DNA of 36,719 nucleotides from the NCBI GenBank assembly GCA_051941275.1, contig JAVEBF010000002.1, positions 62,001 to 98,719 on the forward strand. Reading direction: 5' to 3'. Every line of letters starts with the position of its first letter. Position 1 is the stretch's first letter. The notes beneath the pieces are model-generated. The model saw only the letters and a list, made by a program, of their open reading frames with translations. It did not search any database and was not told where the DNA came from. Both the position numbers and the translations under genes were made by a program. The DNA is from Dirinaria sp. TL-2023a (Eukaryota). Below, one piece after another: positions 31,727 through 36,719 of this stretch.

Positions 31727-34700
31727 ATGCCGAACCCTGGCGAGTCTGGGAACGAGGGTAATGGGTTGCCCCCGGGAATTTTTATTTCAGGGTCCAACGG
31801 GCAAACGGCTCCAGACCAACTATCGTCTCCTCGAGAGACAGGAGGCGCGTAAGTGACAACAACAGCTCCTAAAAGCACATGCACTAACCAAATTTTTCCG
31901 CAGAAATGCACAAGTTCCTGCAGATCCTACCGAGCTCTCTCCTGCGCTTCCCCAGGATACATCCATCGATCAGGCCCCGCCCCCAGCGTATAGCGACATA
32001 TATGGTCAGGTAGATATCAATCAAGATGGCTTTGATACACGAGCAAAAGTTGCAAGTACGTGACCGATCATCTTATGATGGATCCAACACTGACATCTTT
32101 CAAGACGATGGTCGTGTTAATATCCGTATCAATCAAAGCTCGCGGCGGCTCTCTGATCTGCTCGTACCAGCTCTCCGCAGTCAGCTCAATATTCAACATG
32201 CGGGAGAAGCCCCCGCCCAGTCCAAACCGGCGACGCAGCCGATTATCGATATCCTTTCCGATCAACTTCCTCCTCCGTCGTTGAATGTGGTCATCCATGT
32301 CGTTGGTTCTCGCGGGGACGTGCAACCGTTCGTGGCTTTGGGCAAGACTTTGAGAGCACTACACGGCCACAGAGTACGGCTGGCGACTCACCCCACTTTT
32401 CGAGGCTTCGTAGAAGAAAACGGGCTGGAGTTCTTCAGTATTGGAGGAGATCCCGCGGAGCTTATGGCTTTCATGGTCAAAAATCCGGGTCTTATGCCCG
32501 GAATGGATTCCCTCCGCAGCGGTGATGTTGGTAAACGGCGCAAAGGCATGTACGAGATCGTGCAGGGCTGTTGGAGATCATGCATCGAGATCGGCGATGG
32601 AACAGGTACCAGAGCCTCGGATGACCTCCAAAGTCGAGCCAGTTTGGACGGCGGCATTGCTATGGATGGAGACATTTCCTCAAAACCCTTCATAGCAGAT
32701 GCCATTATCGCAAATCCTCCGAGCTTTGCGCATATCCACTGCGCCGAGAAGCTCGGCATCCCTCTGCATTTGATGTTTACGTACGTTCACCGTGCTATGT
32801 GCGCGCAATAACCCATACTGACCCATTGCGGCATTACAGAATGCCTTGGTCACCGACCCAAGCGTTTCCGCATCCTCTCGCCAATATTCAGTCCTCAAAC
32901 GCGGATGCGAACATGTCCAATTTTGTGTCCTATGCCTTGGTCGAAATGATGACATGGCAGGGACTTGGCGACGTTATCAATCGCTTTCGTGAGAAAAGCC
33001 TTGGTCTTGAACCTGTCAGTCTAATGTGGGCCCCGGGGATGGCGAGTCGGCTGCGGATCCCCTATACGTATTGTTGGTACGTACAAGGCAACATGACTTG
33101 AACCCGATCAGCTAATACCGCGTCGTGAAGGTCGCCTGCCTTGATTCCTAAACCCAAAGACTGGGGTCCTCATATCTCTATTTCCGGCTTCTATTTCTTG
33201 TCGTTGGCTGACAAATTCAAACCTGAGCCCGACCTCGCGGCGTTTCTCGAAGATGGACCGCCCCCCGTCTACATTGGGTTCGGCTCCATCGTCGTCGATG
33301 ATCCAAATGCAATGACAAGGCTTATCTTCGATGCCATCAGGATCACTGGTCAGAGGGCGCTAGTGTCCAAGGGCTGGGGTGGTTTTGGGGCAGACGAGCT
33401 GGGTATTCCCGACGGCGTTTTCATGCTTGGAAATGTCCCCCATGATTGGCTTTTCAAGCATGTCTCTTGCGTAGTCCATCACGGTGGTGCAGGCACAACA
33501 GCGGCCGGAATAGCGCTTGGTAAGCCGACAGTCATTGTGCCATTCTTTGGCGACCAACCGTTCTGGGGCGCCATGGTTGCCAAAGCAGGCGCTGGCCCTA
33601 CCCCAGTACCGCACAAGCAGCTCACTGCCACCAATCTAGCTGCTGCTATCGAAGCAGCGCTAAAGCCATCAGCTCTTGAGAGAGCACAGGAATTAGGGGC
33701 GCGCATCCGTTCCGAAAAGGGTACAACTGTGGGCGCAAAAAGTTTCCAGAGCAATTTGGATATTGATGCACTTCGCTGCTCTGTAGCTCCTAGCCGAGCA
33801 GCAGTATGGCGTGTCAAGCGTACTAAAATCAGGCTGAGTGCGTTCGCGGCAACAGCTCTTGGTAATGAGGGACTATTAGACTTCCATGACTTGAAATTGT
33901 TAGTCAAACCCGTCTTGGGTGGCTTTTCTACATGGGAAAGTGCTAAATATTCTTATCAGATACCGGCCGAAAGAATACGACTCCGAGGATGGCCCTTGGG
34001 ACCCAATCACCGGCGGAGCGTCCGCTCTACTCGGTACCATCGGTAGTATGATGATGGGAGTCGCAGATTTCCCAGTGGAAATTTTAAGGGCGCTTAGATT
34101 TAAGCCTGGCGATCAAGCCAGCAGCGGCCACCATGAACAACCAAGTCCTACAATCAGCCCCCCTCCAACAGACTCAGACTCACTCCGACCTAGCTTCACC
34201 GCGTCGCGGAACGACGCGGCCAAGCTCATGTCTCCAGCTTCTTCGACTGTGTCGTTAGCTACTCAAGATTCGAGCACAACTGATGCAAGTGAAGCCACCG
34301 ATGTTCGCAGTCCATCCCAAGGGCAAGATGCGGCAACAAGTAGAGAAGGCCGTGTAACTTCTCCCGTAGCCATGCCTGAGCACCGGAGCTTTTTGGCGAA
34401 AAGCCTCAAAAGGTCAAGCTCAAGATCACGATCTCCGAGAAGAAGCTCCGGCCCAGATACGCTCGACCATCTCGGGCGTTCCCTTTCAGGCTCTCAAGCG
34501 GGACGTATCTCTTTGGACGCTGCAGTTGGTGCCGGGAAAGGTGTCGGACGGATCGTGGGCGCAGGCCTAAAGTCGCCCATGGACTTTACACTTAGCATTG
34601 CCAGAGGTTTCCACAATGCGCCTAAACTGTACGGTGATGAAAGTGTTCGGCAACCGGATAAAGTTACCGACCTCCAGAGTGGCTTGAAGGCTGCTGGCAA

Positions 34701-36034
34701 GGTAAACACGCTCAGTAATCCGCGAAGGAGATGGAAGAGCTAACGAGCTAGGAATTTGGTTTCGGCTTCTACGATGGCATCTCCGGACTTGTGACGCAGC
34801 CCTTGGAGGGAGTGAAAAAAGATGGTGTAGTAGGACTTGTCAAAGGCTTTGGTAAGGGCATCGGTGGTGTGGTCCTAAAGCCCGGTGCTGGTAAGTCTTC
34901 TTGTTCAGTTATACGTCGTCTACTTTAGGCCGCTTCGTTTAACACTCTTGGCGCTATCAAAGAGGAGGTTATCACTTCCTTGATCCGTCGACCGCAAATC
35001 GCAGCTGAAAGCTTTGCTTGTGGGCCATACCAATGTGCTAATGTTTCCCAGCAATATGGGGCTTGCCGGGTTATACGTTCAAAGGTATCTACAAGGAATT
35101 GCAGAAGCATTTCGGCTCCTCGGTGCAGAATTATATAATTGCCGGCCGCACGGCGCAAGGTTTCGAGGATCTCAAGCACTCCACACATGCTGAACGCATG
35201 GATGTCATCCTTAAATGGCGAACAATTCAGCTTGAACTAGGTAAGGAAAAGCATCAGGTCAAGAACTGCCCGGTTCCCCCGCCTTGTCGCTTTCTAAAAA
35301 CTAGGCATATGAGTTTCGACGAGAGGAAGCATTTGGCAAAAAACAAGATTCAGCATAAAAATAATGCAAAACCACAGATAGCTAAGAATAGAGGCGCTGG
35401 ACCCTTAAGCATGGACTTACCACTCCAGCACTCACTCACCTTTCCGCAACCTGCTTCTGTGAGCTCGGTTCATAACGGATTCGAAGAGGCCATTCAGCGT
35501 TCTGTTGCAGCCACATCGAAGGGGAACCCGGAGGAGGATGCAATAATCGAAAAGGCTATCAGAGCAAGTGTGTTAGAGCTCCAGCAGGCGTCAGACGAAG
35601 GCGATAATGAGGAAATGTTCCAGAGAGCAATACAAGCTAGTATAGCTGAAGCTCGCCGCGCTAAGGGCCAAAATCAACATCATTCACAACAGTTGGAGGC
35701 GGCTTTGATCCAAAGCATCCAACAAAGTCCGTCAGTGAGGCAAGAGTCTAGTCATATAAAGGACCTTGACTTTGATGATTCCGGCATCGACACGGATGAA
35801 GACGAAAATTTCAAGACCGCGATCGAGAGCTCGAAGAAATTATCGATAGCAGATGACCGTGACGAGATTTTAAAGCAAGCTCTCGAGGAGTCGAAGAGAT
35901 CTCACGATGAGCATGAGCAAGCTTTGAAGAAGGTCAAGACCGAAGAGGAAATCGTGATGGAATATATCAAAAGACAAAGCTTGGCCGAGGATGCGTATAA
36001 GAACTCCTCTATACCATCCAAGAGTAAACACTGA
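31727..36034 (+). CDS. Sterol 3-beta-glucosyltransferase-like GT1 (GT28_N + UDPGT) with a VPS13/ATG2-C-like segment and UIM-like tail
   Basis: Introns 31849-31903, 32056-32104, 32781-32839, 33077-33130, 33899-33959, 34702-34751, 34891-35051. Motifs: VVGSRGDVQPFVALG..HRVRLATH, IIANPPSFAHIHCAEKLGIPLHLMFT|MPWSPT, KPKDWG, PVYIGFGSIV, VPHDWLF..VVHHGGAGTTAAG..PFFGDQPFWG. No PH/GRAM region is visible, so this is not the ATG26-type enzyme. Confidence 0.9.
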
Positions 36035-36420
36035 ATAGAGAAAGGCACTTATCAAGCATTGCTAGCTTTACCCAAGCTTCGGGTGGGGTCGTGTCCGTCA
36101 AAAAGCACAGGTCGACTGTCATGGGACTTTGATCAATAGGGTCTAGCGTAGTGTTAGACGAGATGAATGAAAGTGTTGGGAAATAAGTTCTAATCGCTAA
36201 AGGTCGATCAGCATGCTTTGGCTAACTACGTCAATCCTTACTTCACTATATAGCGACTGTGTGATGGGTGCCAGATATATTGACATCTCTGATCTTCCGT
36301 AACTTTCTACTTTCCTTACATCTTTATCGGTTTTTGTCACGATTTCACATTAGTTACCCGGGTCAAGTGTTTACACTATGAATGTTTGTTCACCTCGCTA
36401 CCCGACATAGGAGGTTAGGT

Positions 36421-36679
36421 ATTTAAATCGAGTCGAGATTCACAAATCTTTTTCTTTTTTTTCTTTTTTGCGAATTGTCTTGTTATCTAATCTAGTTAAT
36501 ACATCATCAATGTAAACACTTTTTTAAAAACACTACATTATCTAAATCACTCTCGTGACATTATAATTCGTCGACTTTTATTACAATTACAATTGCATCA
36601 TCATGTTTGACGACTTTTTTTTTCACAATCTTTCTCGGAGTTTCGTTCGTTTCATCGATAAAAAGAATTTATCTGTTAT
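36421..36679. other. AT-rich, CC/GG-depleted tract, probably a mutated repeat or transposon relic
   Basis: About 260 nt with only one GG and no CC seen, while TCG/CGA are frequent. There is an abrupt compositional change from the flanking sequence. Confidence 0.5.
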
Positions 36680-36719
36680 GGTGTCATGGTGTTAGCGATC
36701 TTAGTGTTAGGACCAGGAC

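Noticed and set aside
36400..36470. tRNA-like T-arm (TTTAAATCGAGTCGAGATTCA) followed by a T-run
   Set aside because: I could not build a cloverleaf or find an A-box. At most a mutated fragment; tRNAscan-SE would settle it.
1..36719. Functional gene cluster (Ino4-like + Pah1 lipid genes; HIS4 + THG1), or prokaryotic systems such as CRISPR and operons
   Set aside because: The genes are dispersed among unrelated housekeeping genes. The DNA is eukaryotic, with no repeat-spacer array, transposase or secondary-metabolite backbone gene.

Overview
Eukaryotic, intron-rich, gene-dense housekeeping region of a filamentous ascomycete (Pezizomycotina-type genes; introns mostly 47-71 nt with CTRAC/CTAAY branch points). 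I reconstructed by hand 13 protein-coding genes: a 5' part of an INO4-like bHLH gene, HIS4, MPP-beta/MAS1, SDH4, UTP11, a CMC1-like gene, TAF9, PAH1/lipin, an FN3/coiled-coil protein, THG1, RPB1, SWD1 and a sterol glucosyltransferase-like GT1/GT28 gene with a UIM-like tail. There is also one frameshifted SDR pseudogene. The most unusual signals are: (1) an RPB1 CTD with no perfect YSPTSPS heptad, spliced from 11 small exons across 11 introns, mostly placed at the same heptad position; (2) two unusually long introns, each following a 14-nt CTD microexon, that appear to fold back to normal effective length; (3) dense palindromic AAGGTA/TACCTT clusters upstream of genes, in two cases bracketing a GC-rich inverted-repeat core; (4) three probable GC-AG introns and six AAG acceptors among about 51 introns; (5) a CC/GG-depleted, CpG-retaining AT-rich tract at the window end that suggests a non-canonical RIP-like mutation. 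All gene models and pairings were derived by eye and need RNA-seq and homology confirmation.
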